Part shown: piece after piece, positions 37,898 to 51,595 of the stretch
How positions within the stretch are numbered: the first letter of the stretch is position 1
Layout: the number at the start of each line of letters is the position of its first letter
Assembly (NCBI GenBank): GCA_004022145.1
Contig: RCNU01000007.1
Length of the DNA stretch: 64,000 bases
Source: Paecilomyces variotii
Lineage: Eukaryota
Direction: 5' to 3' (one strand)
The notes under the pieces: model-generated
Told to the model about the DNA's origin: nothing
What the model saw: only the letters and a program-made list of their open reading frames with translations
The model's database searches: none
Program-made: the position numbers and the translations under genes

Positions 37898-38598
37898 GAC
37901 AGTAAGAATCTAGTCTCGTAGACATTCTGCGACTTATTTCTTTTTTCCTTTCAATTATCTTCTAAAAGGTTATCTTTGGGGGAAAAAAAAAACCGTACTC
38001 ATGACTGACCCATAACCACATGCTCTGCTCCTATGGAATAAGGGGAAACCGGGGAATATACTGCGAGATCTCCTACCTCGAAAAGAAAAGAAAAAGTAAA
38101 GAGAATCGGAACGCTTCGTGTCATGACATGCGTAATGATAAGAAGGAAAAAGAAAAATAGAAAAGTAGTAAGATAATGGAGGATATCTTGGAAGAAAGAA
38201 ATAGTGTTATAACAGGACCACACGAAACGCCATGCTTGTGTTGTGTAGAAATGGTCAACAGAGTTGTAGGACGATGATGAGGTTGATGGTGTGCGAAGTA
38301 TCTTGAGGCAGGCTAGGAGATCGATGAGGACGGGTTGGGCAACAAATGACGCTACTCGTCCGGTCGCGACCCGTTGTTTGCCCAGATCTTCACTGACTCT
38401 AGGAAGTTATTTCCGGATCGATGTTGTTTTAGAAAAGAAGAGCGTGGATTGTCGTATAGACGAAAGAAAAGAAATAAAACCAAATCAAACCAGCCACGCC
38501 TTTATGCCCCTTTTCTTCCCCCGTGGTATCTCATGCTGACTCAAAACAAATTTTCTTCTTCTTCTTCTTTTTTTTTTGGCGAGTAACCAACTCGAATA

Positions 38599-39975
38599 TC
38601 ATGAGCGTCGCTGCTGCTGCTGCTGCTGTTGTTCTGGTTGCTGCTCCCCCGGGAAGGGTTTCCTTCCTGTAATCACATAAAAGTTGTTGTAGGCATGCAC
38701 ATTGGTATTTTGGATGCTCCTCCTGACATCGACAAGGAAGACTTCGATCTCAGGTTTCGACCACCCCAGAGCCAGGAACGGTTTGTAGGACCATGCAGAG
38801 AGTGCATCGAGCCAGTTGGCTTCCCACCATGTGCCAATCTTTCTCTGTTCCGGATCCTCCGGCCATGGGTTCAAGGGGATCTTGACGATCCGTTCCTGGA
38901 CGTCAACGAACCCCGTCTCTCTCATCCATTGAGCGAGACGGTGGGCTATCCGGAACTGTCGTGGTGGATCGGAAAGGCGACTCGAGCGCACGTTGTAGTC
39001 GAACCAGTCATGGAAGGCGTACTCACTATGGCCTTCGGGATTCTCAGGAGGCATCGTACCATCGTCACACAGAGGCTTGGGGTCAACCTCGTGGCATTCG
39101 AGATAGCCTCCTGGTTTAAGATGGATGAGGGCTTTCCGCATGATATCTTTAAACGACAGGAGCGATCCAGTCATCATGGCTGTATGGATCAAATCGAAAT
39201 GATTAGGGTTCCATAGCCAGTCTCTTTCCGTAGCGTCGTCGACGAGGAAATGGACGTTTTCCGGGACTTCCGTCGGTTGAACTGGTGAGAGATCCGTGCC
39301 TGTGATATGTGCTCCAGGGAAAATGGAAGCTGAAGCATGAAGAATGATTAGCTCACGTAGGCCGGGATGCATTCAGAACGAGAGGTTATACGTACCCATC
39401 TCAATTGGCCAGATGCCAGAACCAGTTCCGATATCCAGGATTCTTGCTGGATCGTCGATAGGGGCAAAGAAGATTCGTCCACCATGGATTGTCTTCAGGA
39501 GGTGATGCTGCATGTCCATCCTGTCGAGCTCCTGCTCATCGTTTGGATAGATGTAGGCTTTGCTCAACTGTTAGGAACAGGGGAAGCATCAGTGGGACAG
39601 TGAGAGTATCTTACCACCCTCATGATATTTATGGTATCGCCTCCCATTCTCGACCGGATAGTCCGTGATACTGTTGGTCAAGGACTGCGTGTCACTGCGG
39701 ATAGGGTATTAGTATCTCTATACAATAGCACGGGTGTGCTTCCGATTTGAGACCAACAGCCAGGTTGCTGACAGATGCAGAAAGAGTCACTCACCAGTCA
39801 TCGCTAGAATCCTTTCGCTAATCAATGAGCATAAATAGCCTCACAACGGAAACCCCAAGACGATACATGCAGAAATATACATATAGATAGTATCTAGGAT
39901 GCAGGGGAAAAAGGGGGTGGTTTTAGGGTGGTAGACAAGTAAACCAAAGACACTTACATCCGGCGTCCCTGTCAT
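38599..39975 (-). CDS. LaeA-like SAM-dependent methyltransferase (Methyltransf_23-type), 5 exons
   Basis: ENGRRYHKYHEG|AYIYPNDEQELDRMD, ILDIGTGSGIWPIEM, GTDLSPVQP, LKPGGYLE, GFVDV; first two micro-exons and start codon tentative. Confidence 0.9.
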
Positions 39976-42900
39976 CCTGATGATTGTTGTTGGATAGATC
40001 TGACCTCTCCATCAACGACAGCAAGATCGAATGTCAAGATTCAACCCCGAGAGACGACCAGAAGTTCGATGGCGGACGCTGATGAAACTCTGATGCGAGA
40101 ACGAACCATTTATCAGTGTTTCCACGGTAGCAGATCAGCCACAGCAGGGCAACGATGAACCCGACAACGTGGATTGAGTTGTCTTTGGTACGGGAAGAAG
40201 CGAGTGATTAATTAAAGGCAGATCCCGATCAGACCTTTCGGGACCGGCGCGCAGTTATTATTCTTCTTCTACTCTACTCATGCAATCCTGGGCCTCCGAC
40301 CCTAGCTGGCGGTAACCCCGCCCTTCTTATGGAGTCGTGTGAGTGGCGGCGATGATCGATGGCCTTGTTCGAGCTTCGAAGGTTTTGCCGAAGTGGGAAG
40401 CGCAGTGTCTGGCCCACCTGCCTAAATCTTTGGTATTTTTCGGGAAGTTTTGCGCATTCGCGTTTGACGATGACAGCTGCAGGTCGTTCGCCCGGTCTTG
40501 TTCTTCTTGTATAAGCGGGCGAACTACTGGTTTAGAGTTGCCAACCCTCTCTCTTTTCTCCGGGGACCTGGGCAAGCCCGACACTCTGTTTAAGCCCCCT
40601 GTTTGTGACGGGCGACTAGAGCATGGGCGACCCAAGGCGTCGGAAACAAGTCGAGACCAACGTTGCCGGGGGGTGGTTGTGTGCTATGGGAAAGGGGGCA
40701 AGGCAACGTACTCCGTAGATAGTCAAGGCTGCTGTCAAAGAGAGGAGATGGCGACTATCTATGCAGAATGCAGTAGCCATGGGCCGGCCGGGCGGTCCGT
40801 GTACTCTTAACTTTGCCAGGACCCAGTGGTGTAATAATAATAGCGGATAGTAAAGAGGCTAATCAGTAGGCTATCCTTCGAAGCCGGAGTTGGAGCTCTG
40901 TTGCGAACTGTTCTGCACCGTCCAGCGTGAATTCGCCGGGCAGAAAGAAACAGTCGAAAGTCCCGCCGTCCCACTGCTATATCTATCCTGCACGGTGGTC
41001 TGGGTTTCGAGACGGTTGATAGTTTGATCGTTGATAGTTGATACAGGCGTAACTTGTCTAGAATCTGATCTTCGTCAGAGAAGCCTTATTGGGGGAAGAA
41101 CAAAACTCAATCCTGCGCGATCAAGATTGGGGGGAGTAGCTCGCCTTCTTTTCCTCACCCATTATTAGTTATGTAGTTAGTTGGTTGACTTATTTTCTTT
41201 TTTCTTAACACGGGGGACTGCAAGCCACGCTCACGATGCACTAGACTCTTTGCAGTGGAATATCGGAACAATAGTCTAGCAGACTTTCTTTCTTTTTCTT
41301 TTTTCGATCTGGGTCAGATTCCAGAAGCTGAGCATTGCTTCGGTTGCTGATACGGAGAAGGGAGAGAGATGGTTGAGAAGATGGTTGGCGAGTCTACTCT
41401 GCTTCCAGTAATTACCTATTTACCCGAGAACTTCCCGAGTTCCAACACAATGAAGTCCCCGCCGATTAACCACCAGCTGACGTGCCGCCATGGATCATGA
41501 CCTGCTGAGATGGATGAGGCTGGTATTATTATTATGATGATTCTGTTTATTGCTGCTATGACTGTTGACCCTTTTGCGACAGATCCAGGCTCGCATCAAC
41601 CCCGGTGGGAACCAACGGTCTCGATGCTTTCTCGGAATGGCAAATGCCGACGACGGTCCCTGTTAGTCGATTGCAATGCCGGTGCTTATTGGAGAGGATA
41701 TATTTTTCATCTCAGCGTGACGCCTCTCCCAACGCTTTGATCACAGACATCCTGCACCGGTCCAGTTCCTATTCTGGCACGTTGCAGCCACGTTACGACG
41801 AAGCCGCTCATGGCTGCCGGGCCCAGCATCCGGGGTCGCCTCATCAGATGCGCTGCAAACGGTCTTTAATTTAACATGAAAACCGACATCCATGCTGGAG
41901 CAGGCGACCAGAGCGCAACAATCCTCGAAATAATACTGTACACAGCCGCTAGGGTAATGCGAACCGCCGATTATATGAATGGATCCAAACGGGGAAATCA
42001 TCGGTCACACCACAGAAGCTATTGGAAATGCGCAAAATTCACACAGAACACTATCATGTTTCCGGCGCACAGAGCGCAATTCCCGTCAACGCGTGGGCGA
42101 GTTGTGGACCAATGCTGAAACGAGGCAATGGGCAGCACTATTCTGCGTACAGACTTCTCTACCGGGGACCTTCATGTCTTCTCACCGGCCCGACGATTCG
42201 GGATGCAGACGCAGATCGCCAAACATTGAACCGGCAGTTTGAGACTTGAGTAATGGTGCGGCCAGTATATGTCCTGGTGCGCAGTGAAGATGCCTTGTCT
42301 GCGAACCATCCATAACCACGGAACCCAGCTGTGCTCCCATGAGCGGAACGGGACGTCGAGATCTTCTTCAAAACCAGGGGCTATCCACTCGTGGAGCAAC
42401 CTATCACGCGGACCGCACGGCAGGAGAGTCTGGTTCTTCTTCTACTCTCGTGAGGGGCAGTAACTATGCCTTTGATATTGAGAATCTTGGACCCTACTGG
42501 GACCTCCTGACGCCGGAGAGCTGCCTGCAGCCAAACAGGAGCAAGACTATTTCACAAGAGCTGAGCAGCTTCATGCTCCTGGAATTCAGGCAGCCCAATT
42601 GACTCCACAAGCCATTGGCGGTGTGAGAAGCTGAGGAGCGTCGATCGTGTTGCAACTCTTCATATTGACCTGCAGTCAGGCGTTCTGGCCCTCTACAGCC
42701 TTGTTTCATATTTGCAATAGCTAGTCTTATTATCTTACAAGGCCACCGTCCTATAATACCCGACTATGAGGAAGCAGCGCAGTCCTAACAATACCGGTCT
42801 GAAAAGAAAGCCGTCATCAGCCCAAAAATGAGAGAAACGAGTTCATCCCACGCACGGAGCTGCATGTACAGTACATAATCCTTGGGAAAGATGACGTCCC

Positions 42901-45138
42901 AAACAACACGGAGATCTCCGTCTTCACTGTCCGATTGACCTCGTTACTGACCTTACTTGACCAGATCAGTTCGTGTATATTCAGCTTTCTCAGAGACTCA
43001 AATGCACTCGAGCTTTTAGCTTCAAGTTCGCAGTAAGGGATGGAAACCCCACCGGCTTCTGACAGGACAGTGAGCGGACTACTGCGTACGGCACCTATCC
43101 ATTATTCGCAACCGCAACCGTGGTTCTGCCGGGATCATCCTCCCGCGAGCCTCCTTGTCTATGTTCTAGGGAGTCCATCACCAATCGTTCCCTGAGCGCT
43201 TAACTCGCTTACCATAACCTTCATGTTTAGGACGGGAAGGTAGCACTGGATCGTGTGGAGCCCTCTTTCGGACCTTCGGGACATGCCACTTCGGAAAGGA
43301 CCCTGGGATTATGGATAAAGGATTCGTGACGATCGATTCGCCCGACGTCGCGGATATATTTGTCAGTAGTAGAGTTTTGCGGAGTGCGGTACCGAGCCAC
43401 TGGATCAGCCCCAGTTGTGAACCATGGTACTGGACTCACGGAATTTGTCATTCTACAGTACATACCCGCTGCATCAAAAAAAAGAATTCAAATCATCAGC
43501 TTGGGACAGACGATATTGTCTATTTCGATTCCCCTTCGATAACAACTACCATACAGTACAACCCCTGTCATAGCCCCGCCCGGGCAACACCCTTCCCTCC
43601 GAAGACTCTCCAGACATTATTGGGGCGGCTAAACGTCGGAGAAACGTGCTAATCATATTGACGGCTGGATCCCGACAATCTGCTGAACTACAGCAGAGTA
43701 CAGAGTGCTCCGCATATGATTAACCACAACGCCCAGAAGAGGCCAGTCTCAGTGAGCTAGCTAGTCGGACCAAGTCCCCACGACTCTAGATAATTACGGG
43801 CTAGGCCAATCCACAGTATCGGGTCTTCAAGACAAACTGAACTTCAGACCAGGGTCACGGATTTTTCCCGGCACACCCGCCGTGCTGGGACCTGGTCGTT
43901 TTTTCGTTGCCTTCACCAAAAAAAAGGAGATAGCTATGGATCAAAAGAAGCACAAGGCAACCTAAACACTGAAAAATCAGGAATATGCAATCTGCATTGC
44001 GCAAATCCCACAGCAGTAATACGTCATGCGACGTCCAAGGGCCCTTTCTTGTCTTGTCCTGGTTGCCCGTAATTTTAAGCTATCATCTAGCGGACCAGCC
44101 AGAAGGGATGGACACACAAGATTACAGGGATCTTCCACGATAACACATGCAGCAGCCACTCCTACTACTGCCAGCGCACGCTCGTGGGAAGAGCGAACCG
44201 ATGCGCGATTCTGCGAACGCCTCTTCGACTTGACTCTAGTCCGAATTCACTCCCAGACCGCTCCCGGATTGTCGGGTCCCGCTGCGGATCCCCCAAAACT
44301 GAGGGCTTTTGTGAAATTTAGTTAAGTAGGGATAGAGAAGGAGATCCACCCTTTTCTCTCTGTTCTCTGCCTCTGCCATCATCCTCAGACACGTCCGTAG
44401 CTGATATTTCTCGTAACTTTGAGACTCCCGGAGAAATAGCAGAAGAAGAAAAGAAAAAGAACAACGAACTACTTTCTTAGTAAGGTATGAGTAACTCACG
44501 TAACTAACCAGGTTGCCCTTACCAGGTTACACTCCTGAGGCTAGTTAAAAGGGGAATAGCAAAACGCCCCATAAGAAACCAGAGCCACGACGTTGGGACT
44601 GGGATGTCCAAGCGTCGCTCCACGGCCAAAAAAGAAGCAACCCCGTCTTTTTTTCTTCGAATCCCAGCGAGGCGGTAACCCGCAGCAAGCGGCGCGGGTA
44701 ACAGAAAAAGCAAAGAAGAAAAAAAGGAAAAAAGAGGAGAGAGATTGACCTATCTAGTCTCGACTCTCGATGCTAGACAGCGCCGTCCCGTTGGGATCGG
44801 CCTCAGCCTATGTAACGGTAAAGTGGTTCGTTACTCGGAGTTATTAATATTATATAACATAACATAACATAACCAAGTAATAATAATAATAATAACAATA
44901 AGTCCGTACTATTATTACAACTGACCATCCCTGAAAAAAATAAGATGAGAGAAAAGGGCATCATCCCAGCATAGATCCTACCTTAGCGCGAAAACTAAGG
45001 GTTTGGGTGAATGCTACTATCTACTCTACTGAGAAACATTGAACAGGGATATCCCGGCCATGGCGCTTTTTTTTTTTTCAACAATCATCACTTTTCCGTC
45101 AATGAGACTCGCTTGTTCTCTTTTCGTTGCCTTTTTTT

Positions 45139-45159
45139 TGTGTGTGTGTGTGTGTGTGT
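45139..45159. repeat. (TG)n microsatellite
   Basis: About ten TG units following a T tract. Confidence 0.85.
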
Positions 45160-47057
45160 CTCATGCTACATGGTAGAAACTCCAGAATCCAGATAACATG
45201 CTACTACTACTATCATATCCACCTCCTCTCCCTCATTTGAAACCAGACCAAAAACCCACCATATCCGAAAACAGGCATTAACCAAACAAGATCGCTCTTA
45301 CAAAAAGGAAAGAGGAAACGAGATACGCGAAGAAAAAAAAAATTTTTTTTTTTTTCCCTCTCTGGCTGGCTCAGATCAAGAACTGAACCGTGGTCATTCA
45401 TTCTACTTGATATTTTCTCAATCCCCCAACAACCCTTTCTGTAAATGTACACGTAGTTTTGAAACAAAACGCATATTCTCTCGCCCTTCCCCGGAATCCC
45501 GGACGCTTCCCCCCCTGACCATCCATCCTACCGGTAAATGGTATGGGGGGTTTCAAATCCCGAAAGATCTTCTTTCTATCTTGTATGTGCTGTACGGAGT
45601 AAGAAGAATGTGATTGATTCCTTGTAATAAACAGTGGGATTGGTAATGTCGGTCTGTAAAGGAGTTATGTTATCATTATGTTATGATGTAGTATTATTGT
45701 TGTACATACATACTTTACGGAATTATGGGATGATGATCTTAGCAGGCTTACTTTAGAGAGAGAGAAGCAGAGACACAGGGACAGCATTCTGCCACGAGAG
45801 CCACATTCAATAGATGACGAGGTGGAGTGTCTTTTTTCTTTTTCTTTTTTACTATACGCTTCTCTTCATGTACAGTAACTTACAATTGACGATCAATTGG
45901 AAATTTTAGTTAGCGAGTTTGAGAAGTAGTAATGGATGGGAAGGGTTAGGATTTAGTTCACCACCTGTTCTACCTGCGGACTAAGTTAACTACTCCAGAA
46001 TAGAGGATAATAACTAAGAACAACTCACCTAGTTAACAGCAGCAGTAGTAGTAATAATAATCATAATAGACTATAATACGCTATATTATACCTCCGCAGA
46101 AAGAGAAACCCTTGAACTCTAAATCCACGGGTGGACTAGTAATTAGCAACTCAGCAGACCCTAGAATTATTAGACAGGCCCGTAGTACGTATTAGTAGTA
46201 GTAGCCTTCTCTAGTAGTACGTTCTGATCCCGTCGTTGCTCTAAGTACCCTATCTACGGCTTGTGGTTCCCGCGTCAGTTCGAGAATCGCCAGACTCCCA
46301 ACGGGGCCACGTCGTTAGGGGTGCTAACTACTGCTGATTACTTGGGTACTCTGCAGTGAGTTCCTTCTCGAATATAACAGGCTACAGTTTATCTAGAGTA
46401 CTGCCAGAACGTTCCGTGTCATATCCTCACGCCTGCCAAGAGGGACGGGGACTGAATGATCAGACGCCCAAGAGTTCTTCTCGTTCGGACAGAGTAAGTA
46501 TGGGGGTAAGTATAGTTCGACTACGGTCGTAGTGTCGGGCCTTGCGCCATTTTCGACCAGGGCCCTCTGCATTGCTGAAGGTAGATTGGATGGAGTCGAG
46601 AAGCACAGAACGGATTGTGAGTTGGCAAGAGGAATAAGCCTACTAAGACCCACCACGTCTGGAGAGAAAAGGCAGATACGTAATGAGTATTCGCTTTATG
46701 ATTAACCATTTCATTTTTTCTGTTCTCCCGAGTAATTAACGTATTATTGACTCTGATCTTGCACTTGAGCTGAACACGGCCGAGCGGTCCCGCAGGTTGT
46801 CTCTTGCCGGTGGTAACCAGCTTAGGGTATGCCTGTTGAGACTGTCAATATGAGTGCACACGACTTGTAGTTGATCCATTTCCTCTCATCCTTTTCCTTT
46901 GCTTACAGAGATCCAAGGCGGCCGAATGACGACTAACCTAGCCATGTGAGCCTTTGCAGGATTTTGCGTCCCAGATGTTGTCCGTGTCTCCGACGTCCTT
47001 TTCGATGGCAAACACCTATCCTGCAGCCATAGTCCTCGGGTTCAGACTCACGTCACT

Positions 47058-48209
47058 CTATAGCTTCCGTCCGCGTACATTGAAAATAGGATAGTCTGGA
47101 TGGCTCTCGTCTCGGTGCATCCCGGGCAGTCTCTCGCACCAACTCTTCAGAGCCTCAGGAACAACCATGACTACTTCAAACATCGCGCCTCTGGGGACGA
47201 ACTGAACAACGGCAAATAACAAAGATGCGATGACCCATCCTCCGACTCCAGGCGATCGTCCTGGAAGGACTGCCAGATCACGAATCTGGAAGTATAAAAA
47301 CCCCTCCCGCGGTCGAAACAATGGATATCGTGACCCCTTCTCGATGCGACCCATGGCGACAGATCGATAATCCCCTAGCTCAACAACTGTGCAAGCAAAA
47401 AAGACACTATCTTGGTTGCTACCCATAAACCCATCCAGAAGACTCCTTCGGTTGAAGTCTACTGGGTGAACATACTGGCGGACCTCCATATATGAAGATG
47501 GGCTGAAAGGGACATTCTGGACTGCAACGTATCTCGAGGGAAGCAGCGAAGTCAGCTGGCTGGCCAGGTCGTGCACCGTGATTGATGTCCCCTCTAGCTC
47601 CGCCGCACAGTAGATTGAGCCTGGAGGTTGAAGCTTCCACAAAGCCCGGTGAAAACCAGCGATCATGTTCCTGTTGGCAACATATCGCTGAATCTGGAGT
47701 TGCGGTAATCGGTGTCCCGTCCTGGACGACCCATAGGGGGATAGAGGAAGGTTGGGAATCTGCTCGGGACGCCACTGATAGACTTGGTGAGGTTGCCCGT
47801 GAATTGGAGGACTCAATGGCCAAGTGAGGATTGGAAATCCGTCCGGAAGGGCAAAAACCGGACGATTGGGGTGAGCGCCAACATGGGAAATGACTGGATT
47901 CATACCACGGGAATCTTGTGCTGCAGGAACAGTCGTCCTGTTTCCCTCTGAGATGAGTGCATGGTGTCTGCCGTCTACACCAGGTTGGTCTCCTGCAGGT
48001 TCTTGTACGTGATGTTGGAAAGCTGATACATTTTCATCATTTCTAGTTCCTCCCTCAGGTTGTCGCGAACTATGAAAGGCCTGCTGTATTCCACCGCCCG
48101 GATATCCAGCAAGGAGGTTATATTGTCTAGCATACTCCTCGGGAAGCGCTGCATTGTCGAAGTCAAATACATCCTCCATCGAAACGTCAAGGTTCTCCTG
48201 TTCTGCCAT
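47058..48209 (-). CDS. Hypothetical protein (383 aa, intronless) with a putative divergent GNAT domain at the C-terminus
   Basis: Long ATG-initiated ORF in otherwise non-coding DNA; C-terminal ...FACTVVE..SVAMGRI...FQIRDLAVLPGRSPGVGGWVIASLL resembles GNAT motif A. Confidence 0.65.
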   Translation of the reverse strand: MAEQENLDVSMEDVFDFDNAALPEEYARQYNLLAGYPGGGIQQAFHSSRQPEGGTRNDENVSAFQHHVQEPAGDQPGVDGRHHALISEGNRTTVPAAQDSRGMNPVISHVGAHPNRPVFALPDGFPILTWPLSPPIHGQPHQVYQWRPEQIPNLPLSPYGSSRTGHRLPQLQIQRYVANRNMIAGFHRALWKLQPPGSIYCAAELEGTSITVHDLASQLTSLLPSRYVAVQNVPFSPSSYMEVRQYVHPVDFNRRSLLDGFMGSNQDSVFFACTVVELGDYRSVAMGRIEKGSRYPLFRPREGFLYFQIRDLAVLPGRSPGVGGWVIASLLFAVVQFVPRGAMFEVVMVVPEALKSWCERLPGMHRDESHPDYPIFNVRGRKL

Positions 48210-49239
48210 ACTGTTCGAATACTCTCCACGTAGAAAATAATAATGGGTATTTGGTGGTCGTGATATGTCATATATATCCCGATGGTATCCTGTTCTCCAA
48301 TATGAATAGCAATGAATGTGATAGTTACAACAGTTGTAACGAGTATCGATCTCTCATGTTCACACAATCAAGCTCGGATGATATGAAGTATTGCCACGGC
48401 AGGAGCGGCCTTATACCGTTGGGTGCTGCATACCATCAGCTCGACAACGCTCTTTCCTCGCAAGAATGGGTTTCTCTCCATGGGTCTGTTGAGATATAGT
48501 GTTCCGCTTGCTACTAGAAGAGTCGGAGATGAGTGAACATCGGAGCAGGATAGGCTCGATAGGTCGCACCGGGTTCAGCGAAGCCTTCATTAACCAGATT
48601 AGAGCTATATCGGTTTGACATTCTGTCTGATAATAAATCCTCAGAGCTAGCAGTATGCTCTCATCGACGAAACGAAGTAAGCACTTGAGATGAATTTGAC
48701 ACAAAGCATGACCAACCATTTGATTCTACACTTCCTCTTCGTTTTCATGGATGACAACATGGCCAATTCGAATTTCCACGGATTATTGCGATTTCAGTTC
48801 AATTCGTTCATATTGAACTACATAATCAACGGCAAGATCAGCATCCAATCTAGGGACCTCGAAATTTCGCAATGTAGAAAATGCTGCCTAGCATAGAGGA
48901 AACGCCACAAATATACAATATACAGACGGACATGTAGGTGACCTGCGAACACATATCAGCAACACGCGCTCTGTGTTCCTCATATAATTGAAAATAAGCA
49001 CAAGGATATCATAACATTGCTGAGTCAAAACACAATTCTAGTCTATATGGTGTCTTGTTTATACGAAGGACACCGTCCAATAGTTGTGCTCGTAACTGGA
49101 TGGTCGTAAGATGGTTAGTCAGCACACCAGCCTTGGCGCTCTTGCGGGCTGCGAATCGAACCTCGCTCGCCAAAGCTGTACATAGCTTCAGACGACACTC
49201 GACAAGGGTCAATTGCGCGCTTCTTGTCGCTGATGCCGA

Positions 49240-51595
49240 ATGTCTCTCAGCAGACATGCTTGCCGGCATGCCCTGCAGCCACCTACCTCTGCGCTCATCG
49301 ACCATGTGTGGATCAGTGATGACCTACTCGCATCGACCTTCAAGCGGTTCGTAAACTGCCAGAAACGCCATGAAAGCAAGGTGCCGGGTCCATTAGAGGC
49401 GCGGAGGCGTCTTGCGAAGCGGAGGAATACGGCATTGGCTAGTGTGGGCAATTATGGGTTGCCAGACATGGGCAGTCTGTTTGGGAGGAATGGGACGGGG
49501 CATATGAAGTGGAAGTCGAATGATTCCAACTTTGCCCTTTCTTCACAATTTGACTCACTCGGTAAAATACCCGTTATATATATATATATACTATACGAGG
49601 CATGGAAAATTGACTTCTTTCAAAGGTTCATCATACTCTTATGCTCCGAGTCCCCCTGCGCCGCCCATGCCTTCTTTTCTAGCCGAGGGAAGTGACGATT
49701 TAGATGATGCTGAAATACCTTTTTCGTGGTCGAAGCACTCCAGTCAGCTGAGCACGACTGCTCGAGATGAACTGCTGGAGGAGGAGCTGAAAAAACATTG
49801 GAGGGTGGATGATATACGGAAGATAATCTGCGATTTCGACCTTGATATCAAACACGACCCAGCCTACAGCCAGATGATTTTTGGCAATATGCTATCTCAC
49901 ACGCTGCGCCGCGAGGAATCAGTGGTGGAGCTGATAGCCTTCTTGGATGACCCGACGCTCAACGTGCGTAACGCGGGAAATTATCTATCGTTGGTGGAGC
50001 ATCTGGTCGCATACGAGGCGAGCGCATCCAACAGGGATGAATTCCTTTGTGCCATTAATCGAGCGCTCGAGCTCGGCTTAATCCCAACTGAAGAGATTGG
50101 CCTAATCATCGAAGGGCTGCCAGAGATAAAGGTTGGAACTGGGACACTGCGATCCGAGGATCCGAACGGACTCGTGCGCTGTTATCGGAGTCTGTGGGAT
50201 GCGCTACGGAGTTGTAACGTGCTGCGGGTCGAAGACCTGGAACAGGAAATATTCCAGTCGTGGCTGGATGAGCTTGCTCAGACGGAGTTGCACAAGGAGG
50301 TGTTACTGCTAGCAAGGGATATTATAGTGTCTACACATCCTTCACCCACCCAGGACTGTAGCTGGGTGCCATGCTTTATTTCACAGTGGCTAAGCCTTCC
50401 GACGGACTCAGTCCAAGACGAGTCCGGCTTCGACCAGAGGAAGTACAACAATGACTATGTTCAGAGTTTGCTCGCGTGCTTCTCGCCCCATCTGGCTTCA
50501 AACTACATTATCGAGGTGACAGAACACCTCGCGTTGACCTTGGAAGAGAAAATGCATAGAGACGTGGTGTTCAAAGCTTGGAGAAATTTCCTGAAAAATG
50601 TCAGCAATCTTGAAGTTCTCCTGTCATCTCGAGCGTGGCTGTCCCTGAAATCAGCAAAAAGCAAGACAAGGCGGACCGAGGATTCCAATAGTCCCCATCC
50701 TAGCCTTCAAACCCACCAAGAGATTCTCATTCGCCTGTGGATCTTAAAATCCCTTGGTCGCTCTGTCTCTCGATATCACTCTTGGGAACTTCCCCAGTCT
50801 GTCGTGACGGTAGTCTCGGAACTTCTTGTCCGTTTCACCAGGATTACGAGGGATTGGGAGGAGAGAGACGTCCTAGTGAACCTCGTGAAGGGTCTTCAAG
50901 AATTGAACATTCCATCTAACAATGTTATCATGATGGCTATTGCCGTCAAAACAAAAAAGCAACCCAAGGATCTGGCACGGATGGCGTTGAAGCAACTGGA
51001 GGCGTCAGATCAGACTATCACGGACCTGTTCGCAAACAGACTGAGCTATTTGGCTACCCGCCGCTACTTCGGTTCAAGCTTCGAAAAGACGGTCCGCAAG
51101 ATCGATATCACTAGTACTTCCTTCATCGAGCAAAGCAAGAGTTTCGTAAAGAGTGGCGGCGTCAATGACTATCTAATCGTGCTTCGAATCTTGCGCTCCC
51201 ATACTCCGCTGAAGATTGCGCTCTCGCGAGCATGGGGCCCGCCACCAGACCTGGATTCGGCTGGCACTGCACTCGCATTAGCCCGAGATCCTGAACATCC
51301 TGATCCGCATGCATGCCTGGAACTAATCCATCTCCTCGCCATCACTTTCGCAACTGCCAAGAACTTGACTCCTCGCCAGGCCTACCGAGTGGTGCATTGG
51401 CTATACCTTTTCCTGAGGAAACATCAAGCTCCTATCAAACCGCCGCTCGTCCGTGCAATGTACCATTGCGGAATCACTCGGTACCAACAAGCAGGCATGC
51501 ATGTCTCTACTCTGCGGTACAAGTTCATTATGGATCTTGTGGGCGAGGCCGAAGACCCCGAGGTGGTTATGGCATTGAGGAATGTACCCGCATAG
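49240..51595 (+). CDS. Uncharacterised alpha-helical protein, possibly mitochondrial (exons 49240-49561, 49626-51595)
   Basis: GT-AG intron 49562-49625 joins two long ORFs in frame; basic N-terminus (MSLSRHACRHAL...RHESKVPGPLEARRRLAKRR); no catalytic motif recognised. Confidence 0.8.

Noticed and set aside
38599-39975. Calling the methyltransferase laeA itself
   Set aside because: Multi-exon structure, short N-terminus and YPNDE motif fit the broader LaeA-like family; orthology cannot be shown here
41510-44713. Numerous short ORFs in the gene-free stretch
   Set aside because: Random-like composition; no spliceable model found by eye
46824-46849. Short resemblance to the 3' end of 5.8S rRNA (gggtatgcctgttgag)
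   Set aside because: Only ~15 nt similar, with no other rDNA context
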